From Nymphaea colorata (taxonomy: Eukaryota): a stretch of DNA of 64,000 nucleotides. The DNA lies in contig NC_045138.2 in NCBI RefSeq assembly GCF_008831285.2, positions 29,946,001 through 30,010,000 on the forward strand. The letters are read 5' to 3'. Position numbers and translations under genes: made by a program. Positions 47,677-64,000 of the stretch are shown here, in pieces. Every line of letters starts with the position of its first letter. Within the stretch, counting starts at the first letter, position 1. Below the pieces are notes generated by a model. That model ran no database searches and was not told the DNA's origin. It worked only from the letters and a program-made list of their open reading frames with translations.

Positions 47677-49501
47677 TTTCCCCGATGCCCCCTTCCCTTC
47701 TCTCTCTCTCTCTCTCTGTGAAAATTGAAAGCTACCAAAAATCCTAATAATTCGAAATTTGGAAGATAAATACGCTGAGACAGCGGTGGGTCAGAAAATA
47801 AATGCAGGACGAATTTTGGCCATTTTCCTGGCAAAAGATTGCACTTTTCCGACTTCTTACAAGGTGGGTCCGTCTATGAGCAGCCGACGCAAGGGAAGAA
47901 CTCAATTACTGAAGTATCCTCGACGCAGCCATTGTTTATAATGAACACCCAGAACAGTTGGAGAAGGAAAACCACAAGAAGCCAACTCCCCACGTCTCTG
48001 TAATTCAGTAGCTAGCTTTTTCCAATCGAGAAAAGTCAGTCAAGCCATAGAGTTAGGAGAACAAGAGAAGCACGCTTTCCTTCTTCAACCGAGCTTGTGA
48101 ACGATGTTTTCTGCAGACCAAATGTGTGGAAAATGTACTGTGGAATTTGAACAGATCTCTGGTGACTTTTCTGACCTTGAAGATGTCGACTCTGGCTGTC
48201 TTACATTATGATATCTGATAAGAACAAGTTTCTTTAGGTGGTCCTTAGTGCCTTTTTCATAATTATTGGAGTATGCAGTCGCTGTTATGTTAACGTCCAT
48301 CAAATTGACTATAATAGGCTAATTAATCACCAATTACAGACAATAGGTTTCCTTCATATGGTTATGCTGCCATGAAGCTTCTTGAATATCTCAATCTGTA
48401 ATTTTTGGAAGGAAAAATAAACTGTATTTTGTATCGAAGAACCAAGACTGCCGCATCTCAAACACAGACCTATACAGTCATAAATTTTAACGTATGTGAA
48501 AAACCTGACAAGGAAGAACAAGATACCAGTTATCTCTTGGTATTTTCAACCAAGTTCAGATGAGGCAATCAGTATGGAAGTGATCAATGCTGACATTTGT
48601 AAATTGTACATACCAAGTGTCCTCCTTGAGAAATATTTTCTTGCTTCTGCTATTACATGGCACTTTGAACTGGATAACGATTTTATAGGGCCGGTTGCTT
48701 TTAACCTTCTAGGATGGAAATTTCCAAAAGTTCTTCTGCAATTTAGAAGTTGGAAAATGAGCGGCTTATTTATTACCACTGGCAATGGAAACACATCAGG
48801 TGCAACCTAACGGCGGACAGAACTTTTGTGTCACATTCACAATATACAACTTGAAAATTTTAAATATATTTGAAATTCTAGCAGTCTGAATGTGCGTGCA
48901 CTCAATAGCGAAGCTAGAAAATTTGGGTTGAGGGGCACTAATCCAAAAGCTTTCATACCTTAAACTTTAAAGAGCAGTTATTTATTTAAAGCAGCTAATA
49001 TTTGAAGGCCTCTACGTGAAAGTAAAAAAAAAAAAAATTAAAATTGTGAGACTGGTGTGGGTACCTGCTAACATGTGGCCAGCCACTAGATCCACCCTTG
49101 AAATTTATTACTATCTGTAAACGGGGGGTATTATTAAGGATAAAAAGTTGATCCAGTGAAAATTTTGCAGGTTGATTATAACTTCTTATAAATATAACTG
49201 AGTCGACTGATATAAAAGTTCATCATCAAATTTTTGAGGTAATGATTTTCAATCACACATTTTTTTTGTCCTCTTTTCTTGTCTCATACGATGCAATCAA
49301 TATAGACAAACTCACGGACAAATGTGTATAAATAATGCAAAAGCACTCATGGTCCCCATGAAATTCTTAGAAAAGATTAATAATGGCTACCTCTGAAAAA
49401 AGAATTTCTTGTTCTGCTTTTGGGTGGAGGAACAAACAATTTTTAAATGATGAGGAACCCTTCAAAGGCTTAGTGAGAAGAGAAACCGCTGGTGGCGAAT
49501 C

Positions 49502-49707
49502 CTGATCGCCGCCATGAGAAAGCTTAGGCTGAAGAACAGCTGAGTTGAGGCTTGATCTAGGATTTCAAACTCCAGGCGGCAGGCACTTTACATTCCCCTC
49601 TCGCCACTGATCGCCGCCATGAGAAAGCTCAGGCTCAAGAACGGCTGAGTTGAGGCTTGAGCTAGGATTTCAAACTCAAGGCACTTTACATTCCCCTCTT
49701 GCCACTG
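49502..49707 (+). repeat. ~105-bp tandem duplication
   Basis: CTGATCGCCGCCATGAGAAAGCT...TTTACATTCCCCTCTYGCCACTG x2. Confidence 0.9.
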
Positions 49708-50140
49708 CCCACTACATGTGGTGGCTTATTACAAAGAAGAAATGGATGCATGTACCCTGACCCACTGAGCTTGACTTGGTGCGGTCGAGCCATTGTAGGA
49801 GTTGTCAGATATTTATTCGGAATAGGCTTTAGTGGGGTCATCAGTCATGGAGAATGGGCCAAAAGCGCCTGCTGAATTCGCATTCGAGTCGTCGTCCACC
49901 GGTTGGCTGCTTTCGCGAATTTACTAATTTTTTTTCTTTTTTTTTTCTTTTTTTCCATCTTATTTGACGGGCAATTCGTAGTCAGACAAATCTTTTTTAT
50001 CAATTTAATTTATATCAAAAAACCCAGAAAATATTTTACCTCCTTTTCTATTTAGAAGTCTTTAAATAGTTGTTGTGGTTGCCTTTTACCGATAAATTTT
50101 TAACTTTTGATTATATATATATATATATATATATATAATA

Positions 50141-51143
50141 GGCGTAACGAGCACGCTCGTGGACGTATGTCACGAGCGTTCGCTCGTTACGCCCTAACCG
50201 TCCGATTGGAGATGCCAATCGGACGGTCCCCCGATGGCGTTTCCAATCGGACGCGGGAAACGGGTCCCCCGATTACGCGCCCTTTCTCTCTCTCTCTCTT
50301 CTGCCCTCCCGCTCCGTTCCGCCCTCGTGCCGGTGGCTTCTTCCTGCCGACTGACCCCACCCGTCTGCCGTCGACTCCACGCCGGCGTCGCCGTCGCCGG
50401 AATGGGAACGGACCGCCGCTGGTCGCCCTTTCACCTTTGACGCTCGCTCTCTCTTCTGCCCTCCCGCTCCGTTCCACCCTCACGCTGGTGGCTTCTTCCC
50501 GCCGACCGACCCCGCCCGTCCGCCGTCGACTACGCTGGCGTCGTCGTTGCCATCGCCGGGATCGGAACGGACCGCCGTTGGTCTCCCTTTCACCCTCGAC
50601 GCTCTCTCTCTTCTGCCCTTCCGCTCCACTCCGCCTTCACGCCGGTGGCTTCTTCACGTCGACCGACCCCGCCAGTCCGCCATCGACTCAACACCAGCGT
50701 TGCCGTTGCCGTCGCCGGAAACAGACCGGCCTGCACGCTGTCGGAGATGTAGCCGAACATACAGAATGAGAGAATGCGCAGAGGGTATACCTGCGCAGAA
50801 GAGAGAGGAAGTCGAGACCGGCGGTGGTCCATTCCACTTCCGGCGACGGCGATGCCGGCCCGGCGTCGACGACGGACTGGCGGGGTCGGTCGATGGGAAG
50901 AAGCCACCGGCATGAGGGCGGAAAGGAGCAGGGGGCAGAAGAGAGAGAACGTCGAGGGTGAAAGGCGGACCCGCGGCGGTTTATTACGATTCCGGCGACG
51001 GCGACGCCGGTATGGAGTTACGGCGGACGGGTAGGGTCGGTCGGCGGGAAGAAGCCACTGGCGTGGAGCGGAAGGACAGAAAAGAGTAAGAGGGTCAAAG
51101 GGGGGGGGGCGTAATCGGGGGACCCCTTTCACGCGTCCGATTG
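50141..51143. mobile_element. GC-rich foldback element abutting a (TA)n tract
   Basis: Inverted arms from CAATCGGACGCG (50244) to CGCGTCCGATTG (51143), built from ~135-150-bp subrepeats. Two additional hairpins at 50141-50193 and 50197-50228. Confidence 0.7.
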
Positions 51144-53032
51144 ACGTTCAATTTATATCTTGTAATAAATCGCATGTTTGTAATAATTTTTAACGAATAT
51201 AGGATCGAAGGTCCGACTTAGCGTGGACCCTGTGATGTTGGAGTAGCTTCAATCCAAAATCTCACACAATGGATCTCATATTACACTTGTGTGAGATTTA
51301 AGATCCATGATTGAACAACCAGCAATGGTCCATTAGGTCTTTTCCACTTATTCAAATTTAAGATCATCAAAATTTGAAATCCTTGGATTTAACATCACAC
51401 TTTGCAGACAATTTACCAATGCAAAAGTAACATGTAGATCCCAAGTATGAATTTTAATCTAACCTAGGATCTTTAGTATGAATTATATATTTAGTTTGGA
51501 TCTTTTGTCACATCAACAAACGCATGCCATATCAAATTTGTGCATAGAAAATCTAATGAAAGAGGTCCCCTTATAGGGTTGCACCATGCAATTTCATTGT
51601 TTATGGGTAAAACCACAATTGCGAGTATGTAGTGATTGATTTATATGATTTATGTCTCTTTGAAACTGTAAATGAGCTTCTAGATCCAACATGCCTTTAA
51701 TTAAAAAAAAAAGCTAAAACGAGATATATAATGATGTAAACTTGTCATCACTTTCCATTCAGTGTGTTGTGCATGTGACAGAGAGAGACAGAGAAAGGAA
51801 TAAGAAGAAGAAGAAAACGTCTGCGGTCATCAATCTTGTGCAAGTACAACGCGATGCCAAAAGAGTAGTGGAGACGGCAAAAGAAAAAAGAAATATGGAA
51901 GCAAAGAATGTACATACTTGAAATATAATCCGACCCAAGTTCAAATTTAAATTTTGAACCTGATTATAGTTCACTAGCAAAATTCAGATCCAATCACTGA
52001 AAGAATTCAGATTTACTGAATCCAATGGATATCGGCTCCAACAGACACGTGACTCTGATTAGAAGCAAACAAATTCAGATTAGGTTTCGCGTCTTGGATG
52101 TCCAAATCAGACTCGAAGACTGATTAAGTGTTACGTGATTAGATCAGTATCAAAATTAGAATCAGGTCCAGTAAATGAATTCAACGTTTGCTCAATCGGA
52201 TTGACAGAAGACCCAACAGACAACTAAATCTGATAAAATTAAGAAACTACATATTGCATAACCAAATCAGACTACAAGACCAACTTCTGACTAGTCATAC
52301 TCGATTAGTTGAATTTGGGAACAGATACAATGTATCTGACTTTTACTTCCACGGAAATTAATATGTTCATCAACAAATTGGCAATGAGAAAGGCAAACCG
52401 CAATTTTACACCAAGATATTCTTGTAAAGTTGGGTTATGCCTCCTGGAGTTGGGAAATGCTTTTAGGGTTTTTCTCCAGGGCCAAGACTGGGTTTCCATA
52501 TGCCTTTTTTCCCAAAAAAAACAAAACAAAACAAAACAAAAACATTAATGCTAAGAAAACCAGAAAATGAAAAATATATATACATATAATATAGTAGCAT
52601 GCACCTCTTGCATGGGCAGATTTAACGCATCCAGAAAAACGTACAGAAAGGAGTACCATGTTCTCACTCACCATATCGATCTTGGTTCAGATAATGTTGC
52701 GTCTGCTCCGGTTAACCTTAAACAAGGTCAAAAACAATGATGGGGTGACTGAACAAATTACATGTATGCGTTATTAATCAATTCCACGATTCACAATGGG
52801 GATGAGACAAGTAGAAAAATTCATACCAAAATCTTCTTTGCTTATATGCAAAGACTACCGTTGTTTGCATTTTGATGTATCATGTATACGATTCAAATAG
52901 GCAATTAGAATAACTGATCCTGCCAAAAACAGTAATTGGCGCCACTCAAAATTATATGGACAGTTTTGTGTCCCGTGAGCTGAAACGCGGAGGTGCATCC
53001 CCAAGTTTCTTCCCAGCATTCACACATTGAAA

Positions 53033-56000
53033 TCAGCCTTCCACTTTTAGAACTTTGCTTGGTCTTTCATTCGAGCCCTTCCCATCTCTAGATCGGCGGT
53101 TCTTGTGTTCAAACCGTCTTCCCCTGGCATGCCTGCCTCTGATCATATCAATGTAAATCTTATGTGAGTATAGTAATCAGACAGTTAAAAACAACTTGAA
53201 CGGGCCCCCTTAACAAAATATGCATATGTAAAGGCTCCCACGACAAAATATTGCTAACAGTAAAACATAATCTTGTCCAACAGAGTTCCAAATAGTAAGC
53301 ACCATGATGCTTCACGCCCCAAAATTTGCATTTGTTTAATAGCTTCAAAGTCAAATATATATTAGAACATAATGTAATCCCAACGATGTTCCAACAATAA
53401 CCGCATTCTGTATCTTTCATCACTAAAATCATTTTAGTGAGCAGAAAGAGTTGAGAAAAAGAAAAGGAATGTGTTAGCAACATAATGATCGACAACATGG
53501 GCAGTGAGAAGAGAAGAATGCTGAAAAGCAAATGGGGTCTTGCAGAAAAAAGTGATTTGCAACTTTCTGGCTACACAGATTATAGAACATCTTGAATCAG
53601 TCAAAAAAACAGATGAAATATCTAATAATACAAGCAAAAATACATTGTAATAGCACACGCAGGTGTATATGCAGTGACATGCGGATGCATCTGAAGGCAT
53701 GCTTATGTGCTACTTCCTCATACAGTTCATGTGCAAGCACACACCTTCCCCAGTCGCCTTTAGTCTCACGTACTTTATCTTGACTTTCACGTAGTTTTTT
53801 CCAGTATTCTCTCTCTGCATCACCTGTAAATAAATCAAATACAATATTAGTAGGTTTGTTGAAGAAACAGCGAATATTATCTTCCTGTCATGACAAACAT
53901 GATCAAGTTGCTGTCCTTTTTACCCCTCATTGTCAATGACATCAGAATCCAGTTATTCCAATTCCGCCAGCAAGAGAGTTTAGAGACAAGATTTAGAATA
54001 TTTGCATGCACATTTTACATGAGTGTATAAATGTGGGGAGCATATAGAAAAACATTGTCGGCAAATGTCATACAAAAATGTGGAGAACATCTAAAACAAG
54101 CATCAATTGCAAAGGCCATCAACTCAAATAATTGGGTGCCAACAAAGACAAGATGCTTGGACAATTAAAAAGGTTACATGAGCATTGCCTTCAACTGCAA
54201 CATAGAAAAAGCTGACACAGAGCAAAATGAAACATAATACTATCAAAAGCAAAGAGACAACCTCATGCATTCTATCCAACATAAAGAGATAAGAAAAAGC
54301 CAAAAAGGTTGTGCACCACATGATGTATGATTCTATTCAACAGGAGACGAGAAGAAAAGTTGTATACCAGTTACTGCTTCCAAGGTAGCAACATAACTTT
54401 TGACAGTTAAACCACCACTCTCAGAAAGGACAGCTGCAGCACGAGCCTTTTGAGCCCCTTCGGCTGCTTCAAAACGAACATAACCTGATTCTGCACCTTT
54501 AGTGAAGTCCACATACTGTGCACAAGCAAAGCAATCATGAATGGCATAAGCAAGCATATCCCAAAGAAAACAGAAAATGACATAAGCATACCATCAAGCC
54601 TGTTTTTTTTTCCTTTTTTACTAAATGCACATAAAATATGGTACAGAAGTCACGTATATGGTTAAACATGGTATTGTGGAAAAGTGAACGTTGTTCGATA
54701 AATATGATTCTCCAACTTTAATATCCATGTTAAGAAAAGCTCTCTCTAATGAATGAAGGAATATAGGACTTGACCTGACAGTGCATAAAAGAAACACAAG
54801 AAGAGACCGCAAAGGGAACAGCATTAAGGTACTGAAAGACAGCAGGCTGCATAGTGACTTCAGACAACTGTGGAACTAAGCTTAGACAAAATGCACCAGC
54901 ACTAAGTTGTGAGAATGAAGAAATAAATATACTGGAATCCAGAAACTTGAAAAGACAAATACCAAAAACAATGAGGCTCGCTAGACCACCCTTACTGCCT
55001 CACTGATCTCAGCACCTTAATTCTTGAATTTTTTTCATTTTTCAAACAGCATGGAAATCAAGGTTTAGGACTGGCAAAAGATCAGAAGGAGAAACATCCC
55101 CTCAGCAACAAGAAACTGAAGCTAGTTGAAGGTCAATAAATCAAGGAGCCTTCAGATGTGCGCCTAAGCCTCCCACTGCATGTGCATGTACTTGTCTGGT
55201 GTGCATAGATCCACTTGCATGTTTGCATGCATTTTGATGGTCATGAGGCCATCAGGCAGTGCAGAGACTAACATACCTTCACTGTTCCAAATTTCTGCAA
55301 CACATTCTTTATATCCTCCCGAAAGATCATGTCCTTATTTTCCTCCTTGACTTGGTCTAGAGCGTTCTCCATTTTCCCGTTTTTGCATTCTTCATCACTT
55401 GATTGCTCAAGTTCCAACGATTTTACTGCTTTATCAACTGAAGCTTTCTCCTCATTTCCAGCACCTTCTTCCTCTTGTATTGGGGCTACCTCAGGCTTAT
55501 CTTCAGTTTTTTGAATGTTTTCATCAGTTTCTTCTCCCTTGGATGTGCTAACCATTGGAACCAACTCAGCATCCACATTTTTCTCCAAAGCATTTGCCTC
55601 ACATGGTCTTTTCAGTGTGAATGAAACAATTAAGCCTTTGGGATAGCTTGTCTCCTCAAGCTGCCTACAGCACAAGAGTATTGAAGCAATAGTGGTAATC
55701 AGTAATGCACCCTATAAACACAAAGGAAACCCAAAAATGGTAGACAATCCTACTTTTCATGTCCATGAAGTCCATTTTTTGCATATTGGTATTCAGATGA
55801 GCGGACCTTCCCAAGTTCCTCAGACAGCAATTTTCTTTCGTTATCATAATCCTTCCTGAATTTTTGACATTGAACTAAAAGGTTAACATGGCAGAACAAA
55901 TTTTTGTGCCAACTTATATCATCAATACAAGCTGATAAATAAAGTGAAGAGTTTGCCATCCGTGTGTTTAAATTAAAGTCCAGAGCTTAGCCCAGGGGCG

Positions 56001-57491
56001 GAGACAAGTGGGGGGTGGCCAGCTCACCACCCACTACTTCAGATTTTGGGGGGGGGGGGGGGGGGGGTGCGGGGGGACTCTTTTTAGAAATTTTTCATTT
56101 GGCCCCTGTGAAAATTTTGGAAAACATAACAGATGCTTGTCAAAACTTTCTTGGTCCCCCAAGAAAGAAACCCTGGCTCCGCTGCTATGCCATCAGTTCC
56201 TTTCTTTTGGCTCCACCACTATGCCATCATTTCTCACAACCTGGGTAAATTTAGTTGCTGTTTGGAGTCTGAACGTTTGGCATTCACCAAAACTCAAATA
56301 AATGTCACGACAAATCAGAAAGATTGCTACAGGACTAAGAAAAGCTTACTTTGGTTTCAGCTCCAGCTCTGCTCCTGCGTAAACCAAGCTTCGCTTCAAA
56401 ACATCATTTGCCAACTCCTCTGTTGAGAATTCAACCAGCGCGTATCCACTAAAAAATTTATTTGCTGCCACATGACGAGGTAGCCTCACGCTATTCACCT
56501 GTATAATGACAGTACAAGATGGCTTACTAATGAAGCCTTACAACCAAACCTAAGTCATAAAAACAGAGAAATTGGAATACTAGATTGAACATTGTTTCAT
56601 GGAAAAATCTAATGGGAGCAACAGAACTTAAATTTTACTTTTTCATACTAGAAACAACTAGCCTCAAGTTACCTTCCCGTATTCATTGAAGAAAGACTCC
56701 ACATCCTCACGCTTGACATCATAAGGAAATGGTGTTGCAGCAATGGTCCTTACATCCACTTGCTCTATCACCTCTTCCGGCTTCAGTAATTTGCTACTCC
56801 TACCGACCCTCTTTCCTGTTGACAGAAACCAACAATTACAATGTACACAAAAGCAAACCCTTGAAATAGTGGCCCAAACATTCTTACGTTTAACAAACTT
56901 CAGGCAGAAAACCAGTTAGGAAAGATAAGAAGGGAACTTCAGCTACCATTGTCAGTAGAGATAATCAACAGAATCGAAGGGGAAGCGAAAACATACCATC
57001 TTCTGAAACCTTGAGGGAAGAAGATTCCCTCAGGGTCTCCGCAACCGCCAAAATCGTATCAAGAGGAACGTTTTCCTGCCCGACCTCGCCTAAACCGAGA
57101 TGACTTCGCATCCGAGAGAATGTGCAAATCAGGGCCAAACTCACGACTAATCGACACGGTCAAGATCATCAAAAACGAGATTCTCAACGAAATTGTCAAA
57201 AAAGCCCAAACCAACAACATGAAGCAGAAGGAAAGGGAAAGGATACGTCCATCTTCGCTGTCTTCAATCGTTTGCCTCAGAAACTTGTCGCGAGGGAGAT
57301 TGCTGTCGCAAAAGTAGAACTCGACCTACAGGGGGAGCAAACATTCGGTTTCTGAATCTCTACTCGTTTGATCCCAAGAGATTGAAACGAAGTGGCAGAA
57401 AATTCCAGGAGAAGGGGATGCAAAGAAGGGAGCGACTTACCTGACGGAGGACCTTCTTCGCCGTCTCTTCATCTAAAGAGGCCGGTGCCAT
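53033..57491 (-). CDS. LA1: La protein (La motif + RRM1 + RRM2), genuine La / La1-like
   Basis: Exons 57491-57441, 57325-57247, 57146-56997, 56815-56673, 56498-56350, 55855-55754, 55664-55277, 54515-54368, 53823-53745, 53138-53033. Peptides KVLRQVEFYFCDSNLPRDKFL, VNSVRLPRH, SYPKGLIVSFTLK, YVDFTKGAESGYVRFE and a basic C-terminus. Confidence 0.92.
55993..56186. mobile_element. Short hAT-type MITE in a La intron
   Basis: Ends CAGGGGCGGAG ... CTCCGCTGCT with GGGG/CCCC subterminal runs; a similar degraded element is at ~48903-49100. Confidence 0.55.
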
Positions 57492-57535
57492 TGTTATCGT
57501 CTGGGCTGCGTTACGGTTCAAATTCGAAGCCTCCT

Positions 57536-57549
57536 GGGTTTAGGGTTTT
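57536..57549 (-). promoter_or_regulatory. Telo-box in the La 5' region
   Basis: AAAACCCTAAACCC on the minus strand ~50 bp upstream of the ATG; telo-boxes are typical of plant translation and RNA-biogenesis genes. Confidence 0.65.
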
Positions 57550-57809
57550 AGCGGCTGCCGAAGAGAACAACGCTATTTGTACTTGTAACGTAACAGTAGA
57601 CCGCATATTTATTGAAATTCGAATAGGCTCGTCTCAGACTCTCAGTTCTTATTGAACCCAAAATGGCAAAAAAAGAGAGAAAGAGATCACTTGAAATATG
57701 TTGTCTTCAGTTTCAAGTGCAGCATGCACGCCAGATTCAGACGTTGCCATGATCCATCGCAATTGAGGATGTTAAGGGACTGTTTGATTACTCAGATCTA
57801 CGAATCTGG

Positions 57810-57918
57810 TTCAAATAAACGCTTCAGGTTCAAATCTACATATCTCAAATTAAAAGAGGACTTGTTCAAATAAACGCTTGAGGTTCCAATCAACATATCT
57901 CAAATTATAAGAGGACTT
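57810..57918 (+). repeat. 54-bp tandem duplication (also a 27-bp duplication at 58255-58313)
   Basis: TTCAAATAAACGCTT...ATATCTCAAATTA.AAGAGGACTTG x2; AGGGTATCCCACAGGTCCCAAAACAAG x2. Confidence 0.85.
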
Positions 57919-59727
57919 GAGATATGTGGATGTCAAAGCACATGATCACATATTGAAGATGTAATTTATTATTCATCTTTCCATAAAAGAAAACGTTGCT
58001 GATGCTCTTTAGAAATCAAATATTTGGAAATAATGGAATCTAAAATTACCAAAACTTCAAGTCACTTTGATTTTTAGACAAGAGGGAATCAAATGTGGAT
58101 TTGGAAGTGCCTCAAGAGTCAAGAGGCCGTGCAACCATGCATCAAGTCTGTTCACATTCAAAGGGTTTGAAGTTTAAATCATGTGGCCGCTATCACGTTC
58201 TAGTGTGTTATTTATTTGGATTGCCAATATTGGCAAATGATACATTCGAGTTGAAGGGTATCCCACAGGTCCCAAAACAAGGTTCTAGGGTATCCCACAG
58301 GTCCCAAAACAAGCCAGAACCTTAAGAGGTATAATAATATGGTCTTTAGACGGTTTCCCCTAAGTAAAAATGAAAAAAATGTAAACTTTCATACGTTGAA
58401 AGAAGACTGATTGGGCATAAAAAGGTGACTCCATAAGCTGAGAACCATGCAAGGGCCAAGTGTCGGCTTATAGGATGGCCGAAAGGCGTGAAATGACTTG
58501 TATATAACATATTGGACTTTTTTTCAATAAATAAAAATAAATATATGTTCCTCTTTGAATCTTAGATTAGAAAAAAGTTTGTTCAGTTTACCAATTCAAG
58601 CTAAAATATATCGGCTAATAGGCCTGTCTAAGCCTATTATTGAGACGAATAAAGTGAACCTTTTACAGGCAAGCTTCACTCTTCAGGGGAATGGGTAGGA
58701 GCCAAATTCGTTGGAGAGTTTAAATAATGGCGACTAACCAGTGAAAACTAACAAAATTTTAGTTTCTCACACAATATAATTCCTCGATGGACGTTTTGTT
58801 CTCTGGATGATCTTCACTCGATGCAACAGTCGTCGTCCACATACGAAAGGCAATCAGAAAAAAGCATGGTGAAAAGTCCAAGACCGCCTTTGCCACCACA
58901 TTCACCAATGGAGTGAAGAAAGAAGATGGGGGAAAGCCCACTTTCTTTCCCGGTTTTTTGGTGTTAAGGATAGCCAGGATGCACTATCCATCAATCAAAC
59001 GCGCCTCGAGGCAGTGGAGCATTTCTTGCTCAAGTTAGCATGGGAAGATGGTTCCAAAGTATACACGCAGAGTCACTAAACTCAGCCAAACGAACCTGAG
59101 CTTCCCTGTTTTGATCACAGAAATACAATCAATCGAAAAAGCACGATGAAAATTACAAATTTAAAATGATGCAACTGATACTATAAAGTTGGCTTGCTTG
59201 ATTACCAAAAACTTACATTGCCTTGATAAAATTTTAAACGACAGCACTTTGACGAGTTGTTTCGCATTGACCGTGTAACATAAACTATACTCAAAATAAG
59301 CCGATTTATATGTTATAAGAAAGCTGCGCTGACAATCTCGAATTCAAATGGGCTTTTGTAAGGCAAGCCACAAGATGCTATTCATTTTCCTTGCCTGATG
59401 GGAACATGGAAGGATTTTCCATCTTCACTTTTATTAGCTATGCAACTTCATACATAAGTTCTGGAATCTCCCTCGGCAGACATGCTAGCATCTTACAACT
59501 AATAAAAAGGCATGCAAGCACTAATTTTACATCTCAACCAAAAATTTCCAATATGCTAGTGTCCCTAGACCAAACACTGCAGAATAAAAGAATTATGAAA
59601 CTACAGGATATATCAGATTCCCACTTATTATCTTGACTTATGGAGAGATAAATTTGCCTGACAAGAGGCAAGCCCATCGAGCAGACCGATTTGAAGCATG
59701 AAAGTAGTGATGCAGCATATAAAAATT

Positions 59728-63969
<4,242 letters not shown>

Positions 63970-64000
63970 CTAGAAAAGACAGAAAAATATGAAATTTTCT

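Noticed and set aside
50107..51132. Long Arg/Pro-rich ORFs (220 aa, 180 aa, etc.)
   Set aside because: They arise from a stop-poor GC-rich inverted repeat; ORFs occur in several frames on both strands with no recognisable domain.

Overview
Plant nuclear DNA (spliced genes, GA/TA microsatellites, MITE/LTR debris); species cannot be determined from the window. Six protein-coding loci are recognisable: the 3' part of eIF3L (+, 88-6379), a PRONE-domain RopGEF (-, 24901-27521), an HPR2/HPPR-type D-2-hydroxyacid dehydrogenase (+, 33002-40244), an LC8-type dynein light chain (-, 47043-47443), La protein (-, 53033-57491) and the 3' part of V-ATPase subunit B (-, 59728-63969). The best discovery candidate is the HPR/HPPR gene. 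It has one first exon and two intact, in-phase, tandem second exons that differ at most synonymous sites but keep the cofactor and catalytic motifs, suggesting two enzymes from one gene via alternative terminal exons. Between eIF3L and RopGEF lies a ~17 kb array of four diverged tandem units. The array includes a RopGEF 3' pseudo-fragment and a CpG-rich double stem-loop that is much better conserved than its flanks. Also seen: two GC-AG introns, a TSD-flanked solo LTR, a ~1 kb GC-rich foldback element and an orphan perfect 23-bp inverted repeat. All alignments and counts were done by eye; no searches were run.
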